Positions 9,621 to 19,949 of a stretch of 64,000 bases of DNA are shown here, in pieces. Each line of letters begins with the position of its first letter. Positions within the stretch are counted from its first letter, which is position 1. The position numbers and the translations under genes were made by a program. The DNA lies in the IMG/VR virus record IMGVR_UViG_3300024252_000004, positions 186,001 through 250,000 of that record; one strand, given 5' to 3'. Below the pieces are notes generated by a model. That model had not been told where the DNA came from. It worked only from the letters and a program-made list of their open reading frames with translations, and made no database searches.

Positions 9621-10013
9621 ATGTCTACTTATAAGAACACCGATCTTTTATCTGCTCTGGCTCAGAAGCTCTCTGCAAATGAGGCTATCTCTGCCATGGG
9701 AACTGCTGAGGCTGTCCTCGTCCCTCTGTGGGAGGGTGACCGTGCTCCCCGTAATCTGTGGGAGCGAGTCTGTGTTGCCTTCGGTGTTACGCTCACTGAC
9801 ATTGCGTGTCTGAAGGTTCGTTACAGCGCATCGTCTGGTTTCGACATTACTGGTGTTAGCTCCAGTGTGCTCCTTGAGCGTATGGATGCTGGTGCTGTTG
9901 TGACGATGGTTGTCAAGGCGATCAAGAAGAACTATGCCAGTACGAATGGTTGGGAGTCTGCCATCGAGTCTGCTCTCGCGGCTGTTGATGAGATTGATGT
10001 TGAGGCTCTCTGA
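9621..10013 (+). CDS. hypothetical protein
   Basis: GGAG RBS, biased codons. Confidence 0.7.
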   Translation: MSTYKNTDLLSALAQKLSANEAISAMGTAEAVLVPLWEGDRAPRNLWERVCVAFGVTLTDIACLKVRYSASSGFDITGVSSSVLLERMDAGAVVTMVVKAIKKNYASTNGWESAIESALAAVDEIDVEAL

Positions 10014-10295
10014 GGCTTAAGAGCCTCATTGTGTGTAGGCACGCGAGTCGTGCTACCTGAATCCGTGAGTTCCTGTTTGTAGTTGAACGCACTCAAGGCG
10101 AGACGGTCTGGACAATGAAGCCAGAGAACGGTGTCGATGCAAAATTCAACCTCCATCGACTGCACACATAGGCCACATCTTGAAGAGAGCCCTGTTGTAA
10201 GCTAGCAGGCTGATACTTGTTGACTCATAGATGGCCGCTGGCACACCGGTTAAAGTGTGCCCCCTTTTCTCTTCGGAAATAACTTGGAGTTCCTG

Positions 10296-10583
10296 ATGTC
10301 TTCTAATGATAGATTCATCCTTAATGTCGGCTGGTTCGATGAGGATTACTACGACTTCATTCCCGAAGATGCTGCCGGACGTGAGTACGAGACAGTAATT
10401 TGCAGAGGGTACAGCAATGACAAGGAGGAATTCGTTAGCACAAGCGATGCGTTTCCGCTGAGTGATGCACTCAATTTCATTCAGTCAATGGCAGAAAATC
10501 CTCCTGCTCGTAATATGACAATTGAGGAACTGAAGCTTGCATATGATGAGCTTAGTGAGAAGGCAAACAATCTCCTTCCTTGA
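10296..10583 (+). CDS. hypothetical protein
   Basis: GGAG RBS before ATG 10296. Confidence 0.6.
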   Translation: MSSNDRFILNVGWFDEDYYDFIPEDAAGREYETVICRGYSNDKEEFVSTSDAFPLSDALNFIQSMAENPPARNMTIEELKLAYDELSEKANNLLP

Positions 10584-10599
10584 AGCAAAGGAGCGCAAG

Positions 10600-10971
10600 A
10601 TGTCTGACGACAAAAGTAAGAAGCCTATCAACTGGGACGCGGAGCTACGGCAGATTGTCCGCGATGTTGAGAAGAACTTGAGGCTCAATAACAGAAAGCG
10701 TGCCAATTCAAGGGAGCACAAGATGCCAGAAGAGAAAAGCTATTTTGTTGTTAGAACTTATCCAAACCCAGTCAATGGGCAGGACTTCTCTGACATGATC
10801 AGAGTGAAGACTAGTCTTTCTAGGAATGAGCTTATCAAGGCTGCTTCCGAAGAGGTTGGTGGAAATGTAGACTTCGTGTTTGATGCAGATGATGTTGAAG
10901 ACGCAAAGCTCGAATCCAATCCATGTATTGTATGGCTCAAGCCATCAAAGAATTTCTCCCTAGAGTCCTGA
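10600..10971 (+). CDS. hypothetical protein
   Basis: AAGGAG RBS before ATG 10600. Confidence 0.6.
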   Translation: MSDDKSKKPINWDAELRQIVRDVEKNLRLNNRKRANSREHKMPEEKSYFVVRTYPNPVNGQDFSDMIRVKTSLSRNELIKAASEEVGGNVDFVFDADDVEDAKLESNPCIVWLKPSKNFSLES

Positions 10972-10994
10972 CGGATTCGGGCACAAACAATTTA

Positions 10995-11175
10995 TGATCA
11001 AGAGGCTCGAAAGACAGACAGTGTGCTTGTCTGTTTGTGAAGCCGCCTGTGATGAACAGGTCTTAGAATGGGAAACACACTTCCTTGAGATATGAGTTGC
11101 GTAGAAGCCGACTGGCTACGGCCGACAGGTGGAGCACTTTAAGCTCGCAGGTATCCAATCCTGCCTTGATCACCC
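10995..11175 (+). ncRNA. putative structured RNA closed by a tRNA-like acceptor stem and T arm
   Basis: TGATCAAG(10995)/CTTGATCA(11165) stem directly after GCAGG-TATCCAAT-CCTGC; several internal hairpins; gene-free region. Confidence 0.5.
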
Positions 11176-11662
11176 TTTTAAAACGAAATGGTCCTCTTCC
11201 GCGCTTTGTAGAGATCCTGCAAAGATTTGAGAATGGAAGAGTGTCAGACCATGGCGGTGACTTGATGACACAAGTAAATTCTCCCCGCCTCCATTTCAAA
11301 TAACAATAAGTTCCACTCCTTTAAAGAGGTTGTGCGCTTAGTTAGACTTGACTCAAAGATGGAATAAAGAGTCTCCCCTTTAAATCTCCGTTGCCCTGCG
11401 GTCTGGTTGGTAACCGACTCCGGGTAATGCAATGACCTCACCAGGGTCAGGTTGTCGTCAAAGTCATATTAGCTGAACGGTCCCAACTTACCGGGAAATC
11501 CCTCGCAAGTGCTTAGACTAATTGTTGCTATGAATCTCCAACCCTCTGCAATTTGCAGGGTAAAAATCTACTGCCGGGTGAGACGCGATTAAGCGGAGTC
11601 CGGCCAACAAACAATCAGCGCATTCCCATTCTCCCGACAAGAATATAAAAAGGTAAATATCA

Positions 11663-12544
11663 ATGAATAAAATTATTACGCTCCTTCTCGCGTGTTCGCT
11701 TTCCTTTAGCACTCCCGCAGAAGCTGCAACTGATCCTGTTGAGCAGGCTGCATATGCTGAGGCTATTAACGCACTGGAACAGCTAATTGCACAGCAGACT
11801 ACATCTCCATCTATCGCGGGTAAGATTCGTCTTACCGTGATGACTATGGAAGATCAGGCTGCTCGCCATCGAGAGAATCTTAAGAAGCTTATCCCTGGGA
11901 CGGGCTCTTATATTGCTCTCAGGGAAGTCATCCTCAATCAGGAGGCGAGAGCCGCAGCGATTCGTCGTGGTTTGGCGATGGCTGACGCTGCCGGATATCA
12001 GTATATGGCTATTATCAGTAGCCGACTGATCTCGATCAATGGGCTTCTCATGCCTACGCAGGCCCTTCTTGATCAGCTTATCTATGGGCCAGGTTATATG
12101 CCTAGCTATGATAGTGCTGAATGGAATCCTACTGGTCCGGCAGGAGATATTGGCAGTAGCGATCAGACTTGGCTTGTTGGCCTGTTTGATGGGGGGATCC
12201 GAGGCTCTAAGAGTAGTAAGTCTGATGATGTTGAGTGGGCACCGTGGTCCGAGGAAGACCCGGAGTCTGATAATCCCGGCCCTGTTGCGCTTGGTGGCGA
12301 AGATGCTCCGTCAATTACTGCTCAGTCTGAAGGCCCCGTTGGTCCGTGGATGCTGAGCGTTGGGATGGACCCGTACATGGTAGCGACACGCTACCGTCTT
12401 GGACAGCTTTCTGAGCAGTTTGATACACCTCTCGCCTATGGTGTCACTGTGAATGGTGTCGAGATTCTTACCGTGGTTCATGGGGCAGACTACGCAGAGT
12501 CTTTCGATATGAACGGCTCCAGAGTTGACTGGCATATGCTCTAA
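11663..12544 (+). CDS. secreted protein of unknown function
   Basis: Sec signal peptide (MNKIITLLLACSLSFSTPAEA). Confidence 0.7.
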   Translation: MNKIITLLLACSLSFSTPAEAATDPVEQAAYAEAINALEQLIAQQTTSPSIAGKIRLTVMTMEDQAARHRENLKKLIPGTGSYIALREVILNQEARAAAIRRGLAMADAAGYQYMAIISSRLISINGLLMPTQALLDQLIYGPGYMPSYDSAEWNPTGPAGDIGSSDQTWLVGLFDGGIRGSKSSKSDDVEWAPWSEEDPESDNPGPVALGGEDAPSITAQSEGPVGPWMLSVGMDPYMVATRYRLGQLSEQFDTPLAYGVTVNGVEILTVVHGADYAESFDMNGSRVDWHML

Positions 12545-12700
12545 GGGAGACCTTGAAGGATCTGAGTTAGTGCAGAGCAAAACAAGAGGATTAGTTTAAC
12601 GACTAATCCTTTTGTTGATTCTAAGAAAACAGTTTCGGTTTACCTCCCGGCACAGCTTCTGTGCAAACTATTATTTAATATGTTTCAGTGGGAGGTTTAA

Positions 12701-13855
12701 ATGAGAAGTCTACACATTCTATCTAAGACATTGAGAAGCTTAGGCTTCGAGAAATATGCGCAAGAAGTAGACGGCTTAGCTGAACCAGAAGAATGGGATG
12801 AAGATTGGCATGAGTCAGCAGTAGAGAATCTCGAAACTGAGGAGCGCAAAAGGCTGGAAGAATCTGCGCTATATCTTGATAAGGATAAGATGAATCCGGC
12901 TGGATCATATGTGTCCGGTCTTGATTATGAGATTCTATCAAAGCATGGGCTGATCCCAATAGAAGCAGACGGAGAGGCGTACTTAGGTAATGGCCGTTAC
13001 GGAACCGTTTACAATGTAATTTGGAATGGTAAGCCAGCAGCAGCCAAGTTGACAATGGATGACGAATCCGATGCAAACATATGGGATAAGATTCTTGCCG
13101 CAACTAAGTCTCCTCAGATGGAGTCAGTAGCGAACATATTCCCCGAAGTATATGAGGTCATCCGATCTCATGAATCATCCGATCTCTTTTCGGATTTTGA
13201 TAGCCCAACTTACTCAATCATTGTAATGGAGAAGTTATATCCCTTACCAAAAGAGGTAGCTAAAGTGTGGGGAGGCCCAGGCAAGGTGCCCAGGTTGGGG
13301 CAGTCAAATGTGGAGTATAGGGATATCTATCGTGAAGATGCTTTAAGTGCAGAGATTCAAAAGAGTTTGGCAGAACTGCTTCCGGGGAGAAGTATTGAGC
13401 TTGAGCTTCCGACAATAGAAGAGTTGGAGATTGAGGCTTCCAGGTATGAAACAAGATCTGAAATCATAGGGACTATGGCTTCCAGTATACTTAATATCAT
13501 ATATGAAAAGAATAAAATCATAGAAGATGATTACAGTCTTAGAGAGCCCGTATGGTATGGCGTGTCGGATTACGTTGGGAAACTAAAGCCTTATTTGAAA
13601 AGAGAAGATAACTATAGAGGAGTCCCGGATTACTACAACATCATGGAGGATGATATCGAAGAGGTAAGAAAGGAAGTACCTCCGGAGCATTTGGGTGTTT
13701 TCGATCAGTTACTTAAGCTTCAACGTATGTCGGGGATAAGGTGGCATGATTTGCACAGCAAGAATGTAATGATAGATGCTGATGGAAACATAAAGGTTAC
13801 TGATGTTGGCAACTTTAATGTAGTAGAGAATGAGGAAACTGCCCGCACGAACTGA
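12701..13855 (+). CDS. protein kinase-like (Ser/Thr kinase fold)
   Basis: LGNGRYGTVY, AAKL, IVMEKL, WHDLHSKNVM, TDVG. Confidence 0.85.
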   Translation: MRSLHILSKTLRSLGFEKYAQEVDGLAEPEEWDEDWHESAVENLETEERKRLEESALYLDKDKMNPAGSYVSGLDYEILSKHGLIPIEADGEAYLGNGRYGTVYNVIWNGKPAAAKLTMDDESDANIWDKILAATKSPQMESVANIFPEVYEVIRSHESSDLFSDFDSPTYSIIVMEKLYPLPKEVAKVWGGPGKVPRLGQSNVEYRDIYREDALSAEIQKSLAELLPGRSIELELPTIEELEIEASRYETRSEIIGTMASSILNIIYEKNKIIEDDYSLREPVWYGVSDYVGKLKPYLKREDNYRGVPDYYNIMEDDIEEVRKEVPPEHLGVFDQLLKLQRMSGIRWHDLHSKNVMIDADGNIKVTDVGNFNVVENEETARTN

Positions 13856-13906
13856 TTTGTTGCTATAGTTATAAGTAGCTTCGAACTACGGGCAGTAAGT
13901 CGAAAA

Positions 13907-13934
13907 TTTTCTAAACTTCTCTTAAGGTGTTATA
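13907..13934 (+). promoter_or_regulatory. phage promoter motif
   Basis: TTTTCTA-N15-GTTATA. Confidence 0.8.
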
Positions 13935-13968
13935 GTCTTAGGAAGCCTCCGCCGTTCAGGACAACGCC

Positions 13969-14667
13969 ATGATTCTTAGATATGCAGGTGATACTCACGG
14001 CCGTATTGACGAACTCAAAAGCATGGTTAGTAGCGCCGCAGATGCAGGCATCACCACGATGATTCAGGTTGGGGACTTCGGAGTCTTCACCCCTGATGAT
14101 TGTCCCCTATACAAGTGGATCAAGGAAAGGGCAGAGAGTGCTTGGACTGTAAAGATCATTACCAGTTTTGGTAACCATGACAATTGGAATCTTTACTACG
14201 AGCTTTGCGCTCGATATCCTGATGAGGATCTTCTTGAGATTTATCCTGGCTCTGGAGTCTATGTAGTTCGCAGAGGTTCTGTCATTGAGATTGAAGGTGT
14301 GAAGCATCTCTTTCTTGGCGGAGCATTGTCGAATGACAGACAGAACAGGGTGGAGGAAGTTAGCTGGTGGGATAGGGAACAGCCTTCCGAGGAAGAGTTT
14401 CAGAGATTCTTTGATTCTTGGGAGGCTCATAAGCCTGACACTATCGTTACTCACGATGCGCCACTGAGAGTTCCGTTCAATAGAGCGGGAAGAAACTCAA
14501 ACACAACAGTTCGAATGCTCGACCATGCGCTCAAGCTTTCAGATCATAAGCCTAAGAAGTGGTACTTCGGTCACCATCACAAGCTTAAGAAGTGGAAGAT
14601 TGGCGGCATTAGGTTTCATTGTTGCGGTCTTCACGGACAGTATTGGGACCGAGAGATCAGAGTATAG
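13969..14667 (+). CDS. calcineurin-like metallophosphoesterase
   Basis: GDTHG, GDFG, GNHD, THDAP, GHHH. Confidence 0.9.
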   Translation: MILRYAGDTHGRIDELKSMVSSAADAGITTMIQVGDFGVFTPDDCPLYKWIKERAESAWTVKIITSFGNHDNWNLYYELCARYPDEDLLEIYPGSGVYVVRRGSVIEIEGVKHLFLGGALSNDRQNRVEEVSWWDREQPSEEEFQRFFDSWEAHKPDTIVTHDAPLRVPFNRAGRNSNTTVRMLDHALKLSDHKPKKWYFGHHHKLKKWKIGGIRFHCCGLHGQYWDREIRV

Positions 14668-14688
14668 TTTTAAATAAAGAGGTAACCA

Positions 14689-15441
14689 ATGTCTGACGTT
14701 AGAATCTTTGAGGTTGGTGGACATATTCGTGATAGTATCCTGGGCATTCCGAGCAACGACATTGACTACTGTGTTGAAGCAGAGTCTTACGAGGCAATGA
14801 AGGAATGGATTGAGGCAACTCACCCCAACAGAAAGGGGAAGGATACCGCAATCTTTCTTGAGACTCCCGACAAGTTCACCATTCGTGCGCTAAAGGGTCC
14901 CCGCGATGTAAGAGACTACGTTCTCTGTCGTATCGAGGGGCCATACTCTGACGGTCGCAGACCCGATTGGGTAAAGATGGGGACGTTTGAGGATGACATC
15001 CTCCGCAGAGACTTCACTGTCAATGCTTTGGCAAGAGAAGTTGGTACTGAAGAGATCATTGACATTGTCGGTGGTCTTGATGACATCAAGCGTCGGCGCC
15101 TCAGTTGTGTTGGCGCTGCTCATGAGAGGTTTCAGGAAGATTCTCTGCGAATCATTCGAGCCATCCGTTTCATTATCGTGAAGGGTTTTCAGCCTGACGA
15201 TGAGATTGAGAGTATCCTTTTGAGTGGTGAGTTCGCTTCCAACTTGGCGGCTGTGTCTGTCAACAGACGACGCGATGAACTGCTGAAGTGTATGAGGACT
15301 CATACCGTTGCGACCTTGCGTTTCCTCGGTCAGATCAGTCCTCTCTACACCGAAGCTATTTTCGAGTCTGTTAAGAGTGAGAACAAGGACAGCAAGGCTA
15401 TTGTTGATAAGCTGTGGCTCATGCCAACGATGAAGGACTGA
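14689..15441 (+). CDS. cca: tRNA nucleotidyltransferase (CCA-adding / poly(A) polymerase family)
   Basis: VGGHIRD, DIDY, RRDFTVNALA, RFQEDSLRIIRAIRF. Confidence 0.9.
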   Translation: MSDVRIFEVGGHIRDSILGIPSNDIDYCVEAESYEAMKEWIEATHPNRKGKDTAIFLETPDKFTIRALKGPRDVRDYVLCRIEGPYSDGRRPDWVKMGTFEDDILRRDFTVNALAREVGTEEIIDIVGGLDDIKRRRLSCVGAAHERFQEDSLRIIRAIRFIIVKGFQPDDEIESILLSGEFASNLAAVSVNRRRDELLKCMRTHTVATLRFLGQISPLYTEAIFESVKSENKDSKAIVDKLWLMPTMKD

Positions 15442-15445
15442 CAGA

Positions 15446-15646
15446 ATGCTTTGGCTTACAGTTCAATATTTCGGTCTGATTCTTATCAACGTAGGTATTG
15501 CGCTTGTAAGTTTCAAAATGGCTTCGAGTCTTCATAAGAAAAAGAATTCTGGAGCGATTGGCGCAGTCATTTCGGGCGTAGTTAATGTGGTCTGTGTCCT
15601 TGCGGTTCTTGCGATCTACTTTAACGCCATGTACTTTGGTCAGTAG
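15446..15646 (+). CDS. small membrane protein
   Basis: two TM segments. Confidence 0.55.
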   Translation: MLWLTVQYFGLILINVGIALVSFKMASSLHKKKNSGAIGAVISGVVNVVCVLAVLAIYFNAMYFGQ

Positions 15647-15654
15647 GAGATACG

Positions 15655-15846
15655 ATGTCTCACTTCGATGCACTCATTAGCTATACCGGTCAGACTCTTG
15701 ACCTTGCAGAGCAGGCAGCACAGTCTGGTCACCGAGATGTCGCTTTGACTCAGATTGCTTTGGCGGAAGGTCTGTTGAGGCAGGCTTGCCAGGAAGCCAT
15801 CAACTCTGTCACTGATGACACTTCCATTAAGATTGTGGAGCACTGA
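15655..15846 (+). CDS. hypothetical protein
   Basis: AGGAG RBS. Confidence 0.6.
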   Translation: MSHFDALISYTGQTLDLAEQAAQSGHRDVALTQIALAEGLLRQACQEAINSVTDDTSIKIVEH

Positions 15847-15849
15847 CGG

Positions 15850-16140
15850 ATGATGTTTTCATTCTTGGTAGGATTTATTCTTGGACTGTTGGATGACGGC
15901 GGTTACATGCTTAGTGTGGATGCAACCACCAAAGGTCGTGTCCTGCAAGCAGTCTTCTTCTATCTAGTATTCTTCTTCAGTACGATGGGCGCAGTATACT
16001 TCATGACTCAGCAGGATTATGTTGGAGTCTTGGGAGCCGCTTGCGGCGGTGGTCTCGGAGTAGCTCTCGTTGCTTACAAGAATCGCAAGAACAAATCCAC
16101 TTCGAGAGAGGATAAGATTGAGGTAGAATGCAGAGACTAA
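15850..16140 (+). CDS. small membrane protein
   Basis: three hydrophobic segments. Confidence 0.55.
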   Translation: MMFSFLVGFILGLLDDGGYMLSVDATTKGRVLQAVFFYLVFFFSTMGAVYFMTQQDYVGVLGAACGGGLGVALVAYKNRKNKSTSREDKIEVECRD

Positions 16141-16808
16141 AATTTGGAGAAAAGAAGCCGGGGCATGGTGAGGCAGTCTTCACTGCTATCATGACAGAGT
16201 CTGTTCAGCCTTGGGAGTTTCATTACGTTAAGCGTGTTGCTCCGATTAAGTGTCCGAGCATGATCATTATCTCAAGATGGGATGGCGCGAGAGGTTTTCC
16301 TGGCGGTTTCATTGACAGCGGAGAGTCCATTAGAGACGCTGCTGTAAGGGAGACCATGGAGGAGATTGGGGTAGAGGTTGACCCAGATAGATTGGAGGAT
16401 GGGTATACTTTTTTTAACAACATATCAGTTCATTTGGTTAAGCTGATAGTTGATGAGAGAGAGTTCCTTGAGATTCTTCAGTCTGCTTGGATTCATTCTT
16501 CTGCTGTTCTTGGTGACATTATCAGCAGGAAGTTTTATCCTGAAGCTCCATTGCTGTTTGATGACATGAGAGATGTTAACTTCTTCACTGAGGTTAACGG
16601 TGTTGAAGCTGTCTATGTCACAGAAATTGACACAGCAAAGTGTTTCCCAAGGTTCCTTAAGAGTCCATTCCCTCCGACCATGATTGAGCAGATGGCTCTG
16701 CTTTGCAGGGACCACAAATGGGGAGACGAAGAGACCATGATCAGATGGTTCGCTGAAGGCGGGCATGATTATTTGAGTCTCATTGCCGAGGATACTGCGC
16801 CGGAGTAG
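16128..16808 (+). CDS. Nudix hydrolase, NUDT16-like
   Basis: RWDGARGFPGGFIDSGESIRDAAVRETMEEIG Nudix box; EVNG...FPRFL...EQ tail. Confidence 0.85.
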   Translation: MQRLKFGEKKPGHGEAVFTAIMTESVQPWEFHYVKRVAPIKCPSMIIISRWDGARGFPGGFIDSGESIRDAAVRETMEEIGVEVDPDRLEDGYTFFNNISVHLVKLIVDEREFLEILQSAWIHSSAVLGDIISRKFYPEAPLLFDDMRDVNFFTEVNGVEAVYVTEIDTAKCFPRFLKSPFPPTMIEQMALLCRDHKWGDEETMIRWFAEGGHDYLSLIAEDTAPE

Positions 16809-16815
16809 GTAGAAG

Positions 16816-16843
16816 TTTTCTACGAAACTCATGGGACGTTATA
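16816..16843 (+). promoter_or_regulatory. phage promoter motif
   Basis: TTTTCTA-N15-GTTATA. Confidence 0.75.
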
Positions 16844-16884
16844 GGCATCCGAGGTGTAACGCTAAACTCTACGGAGAAAATCGC

Positions 16885-17376
16885 ATGTCTGTTATGAATC
16901 CTATCAAGGACGCGGCCACCCTTTACAGTCATCTTGAAAAGGATTGGCGAAGCTTTCACGAGACCTTTTCCAAGATGGGAGTGACCCTTCGTGATATGGG
17001 GGAAGAGGGCGAAGGTGTCATGGTGATGGCAAAGAGCCTTGTCTCCAATGGCATTCTCGATGAAGTGATCGGGGCAATGACCAACGAGAAGCTTGCGAGT
17101 CTTGCTGACTCTGTGGCTTCCACGATGGAATCCGGTGGAAGAGATAAGAACTATGTCTTTGGCATGGTGAATCTTCGAGGCTCTCTGGACCTTTACCTCT
17201 TCCGTCCTGTGACCGGAGAAACTATTTCGGTTACTGCGGGACTTCCTGATTGTGGCGATGAAATTGCTGGGCAGTTGTATCTGACTGTCTGGATCAGCAA
17301 GAACATTGAGCGTTACGCTGCACAAAATGACGCCATTGTATTTAGTGAGCTTACTGATTTCCTGTGTGGAATCTGA
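16885..17376 (+). CDS. hypothetical protein
   Basis: GGAG RBS before ATG 16885. Confidence 0.65.
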   Translation: MSVMNPIKDAATLYSHLEKDWRSFHETFSKMGVTLRDMGEEGEGVMVMAKSLVSNGILDEVIGAMTNEKLASLADSVASTMESGGRDKNYVFGMVNLRGSLDLYLFRPVTGETISVTAGLPDCGDEIAGQLYLTVWISKNIERYAAQNDAIVFSELTDFLCGI

Positions 17377-17400
17377 ATAATTAACCAAGTGGTATGACCT

Positions 17401-17910
17401 ATGCGATTTAAAGTAATTTTTTCTGACGATGAAACTCTCAACATTGATGCCGAGACTCCGAATGCTGCTTTCAAGGAGGCACAGACGAAGAATGGTGTTG
17501 GTCGCTTTGTGACCAGGATTTGTGCTCGGGGTAATAGTTCTCACATCTATTATGTCAATGGTGAATTCGTCGATCCGTATGCAGAAGCCTCTCGCATTCT
17601 TGGAGAGGTTGACCTTCAGATTATCATCAAGCGAATCCGTCCCAGCTTTTCTCGGCTTGATACTTCACGAGACGTAAAATTTGACGGCATCTATTACACC
17701 ATGAAGTCCGTTGGGAATGGTCCGGGTAGTTTTATCACTGACATTCGGGACTATAACAACCATGCGGTAGTTCTTCGCCGAGTGATTACTTCTGTTACCA
17801 TTCAGGACTTTGTCCCTGTGGTTCATGAGTTCAAGGATATGGTCTGCATCCACTGTGAAGGCGACCTGTTTGAGATTGAGAACCCCAACGGAGAATGCGG
17901 TGGGAAGTAG
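17401..17910 (+). CDS. hypothetical protein
   Basis: 169-aa ORF in gene run. Confidence 0.6.
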   Translation: MRFKVIFSDDETLNIDAETPNAAFKEAQTKNGVGRFVTRICARGNSSHIYYVNGEFVDPYAEASRILGEVDLQIIIKRIRPSFSRLDTSRDVKFDGIYYTMKSVGNGPGSFITDIRDYNNHAVVLRRVITSVTIQDFVPVVHEFKDMVCIHCEGDLFEIENPNGECGGK

Positions 17911-18135
17911 AGAAGAAAGAATCAGAATCTATAAGGATTTGGAGCCAGACGATCATGTGATGACTCTTGATGATTTTCGGGAAACCGTTAAGTCAGGAGG
18001 CTTCATTGATTACGATGGTTATGCTTCTCCTATGAAGGATGGAAAGGTTCATCAGGTAGTTGTCTACCCTTCAGACGTTCCATTCTTTAACTTCGAAGAC
18101 TTTACTCACATAGTTTGGTATAATAGGTAGTAGAT

Positions 18136-18660
18136 ATGGATGATGTTCTATTCGATCTCGGTGAAGACAAGGCTGTTAAGCCTAAGATTAAACCCAAGAT
18201 TTATACGTCTGGTGGTAAGGGCAAGAAGCAGTGTCAGAACACTGACTGCGGTGTTTTTGTTGGTGTCAGGACGAAGCTCTGTCCGATCTGCGGAACAGAG
18301 TTCGTCAAGAAGGCTCCGCAGAAGGCAGCTCTCAATCCTGCTAAGGATGCTGAGAGCGAGACAGATTCGCATTACTGCCCGAGAACGATTGTTAAGACCT
18401 CCCGGCCTTACGATGCAATCGTGCTGATCCCTTCCGGTCTCTGTCCTATTGTTCCAACAAAGGATGACCTGACTGAAGAGGGAATCATTCTGTGGGCTGA
18501 GGCTGTAAGAGATTGGGGACTCTCTGAGAAGAAGGACTATCTGACAGGTAGAGCTATCCTGTACTACGCTCGTCATACGTTCAACATCTTCTCTGATGAG
18601 TATAAGCAGATTCGTTCCGTACTGACTGTATGGGAGGAAGGCACAAGTGAAGTTCGGTAA
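18136..18660 (+). CDS. zinc-ribbon protein
   Basis: GKKQCQNTDC...CPICG. Confidence 0.65.
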   Translation: MDDVLFDLGEDKAVKPKIKPKIYTSGGKGKKQCQNTDCGVFVGVRTKLCPICGTEFVKKAPQKAALNPAKDAESETDSHYCPRTIVKTSRPYDAIVLIPSGLCPIVPTKDDLTEEGIILWAEAVRDWGLSEKKDYLTGRAILYYARHTFNIFSDEYKQIRSVLTVWEEGTSEVR

Positions 18661-18775
18661 ATTCGAAATTCATTGGCTGGTCGTTGTTTCTGCGATGATT
18701 CTACTCTTCCTTCATCTAAACATTTAAAGGTGTCTGACTAAGTAATTTATTCTGCACTGAGAAAAAAGGTGCATA

Positions 18776-19543
18776 ATGAATAACGTAATTGTCTTTGGAG
18801 ATATACATGGCAAAGCACACCTGCTTACCAAGTTCCTAAAGAAAGTCAGAAAAGAATACGGATATGATGTTGAGCTTTGGAGTTGTGGTGACCTCGTAGA
18901 CAGAGGCGGTACAGAGAAAGAAGTTATCGACATCTGTTCTAAAGAGGAAATCAAAGCAGTAATTGGAAACCATGACCTTTGGATGATTGAACTGATAGTT
19001 CACCAAAGGTTTAATCCTAACATGATTAAGATGCTGGATGCTTATTCTACTCTCGAATCGTATGGAGTTGATTGGCGTAAGCTCATAGCGGATCTTGGTT
19101 GGACAGATGGTTGGGCGACCATTGGGGCAGAGTTCATTAAGGCGTTACCAGAAGATCACATCGGTTACATACTGAACATGTATGATGTCGGTATGATTGA
19201 TTGGCTGGATGACAAGACCTATTGGATCCTGCACGCTGGCCTGCAAACCAGTATTGCGAAGAAGCATAAGAAAAAAGATGGCGACATCGCCATGATGAAA
19301 CGTCTTACCAAGAATGACCATGGCAGTATCCTCTGGGGCCGACCAGACTTCTGGGGCGCAGAGGATAACCTGTATCACTTTGACAATGGAGTGCAGATAT
19401 TCGGTCACTCGTACACTAAGCGTCCTGTAGTAAAGGACCACTTCATTGCACTTGATACGATCGGGTGGGGCAAAGCAGACAAGTGGACTCTGTCCGGAGT
19501 AGTTCTTCCAGAGCAGAAGGTGATACAGGTGAAGGAGGACTGA
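18776..19543 (+). CDS. Ser/Thr protein phosphatase-type metallophosphoesterase
   Basis: GDIHG, GDLVDRG, GNHD, HAG, FGH. Confidence 0.9.
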   Translation: MNNVIVFGDIHGKAHLLTKFLKKVRKEYGYDVELWSCGDLVDRGGTEKEVIDICSKEEIKAVIGNHDLWMIELIVHQRFNPNMIKMLDAYSTLESYGVDWRKLIADLGWTDGWATIGAEFIKALPEDHIGYILNMYDVGMIDWLDDKTYWILHAGLQTSIAKKHKKKDGDIAMMKRLTKNDHGSILWGRPDFWGAEDNLYHFDNGVQIFGHSYTKRPVVKDHFIALDTIGWGKADKWTLSGVVLPEQKVIQVKED

Positions 19544-19544
19544 G

Positions 19545-19937
19545 GTGTTATCAGAAGATCGCCTTGTCATGTTCCTGTTCGAGTCTACGGCAGACAAAGT
19601 TTTGAAATGGTTCTACGATAAAGATGGTAACTTCTACCATGTTAAGTTGAAAATCTATTACGAAACAGAATGTTATGCTTCGCCTGTAGGGAGTGTTGTT
19701 CTGGCAAGGGGTGTCTTAACTGACTACAGCTTTGTCCACATAAAAATTCAGCTTCAGGAAAACAGGATACATCTGCGTCATTTTCACAATGATGATAGTC
19801 TAACTCAGGATGAGTATCCTGAACTGATCTCTCTGTACTATATGGTAACGGAGTTTTCTCGCAAGATGATCTTAAATTTTCTTGATGTTCAGATGTTTAC
19901 TTTGAGCGTTAATGGTTCGTATCACATAGTAGAATGA
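19545..19937 (+). CDS. hypothetical protein
   Basis: GGAGG RBS, GTG start. Confidence 0.5.
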   Translation: MLSEDRLVMFLFESTADKVLKWFYDKDGNFYHVKLKIYYETECYASPVGSVVLARGVLTDYSFVHIKIQLQENRIHLRHFHNDDSLTQDEYPELISLYYMVTEFSRKMILNFLDVQMFTLSVNGSYHIVE

Positions 19938-19949
19938 GGATCAGATTAT

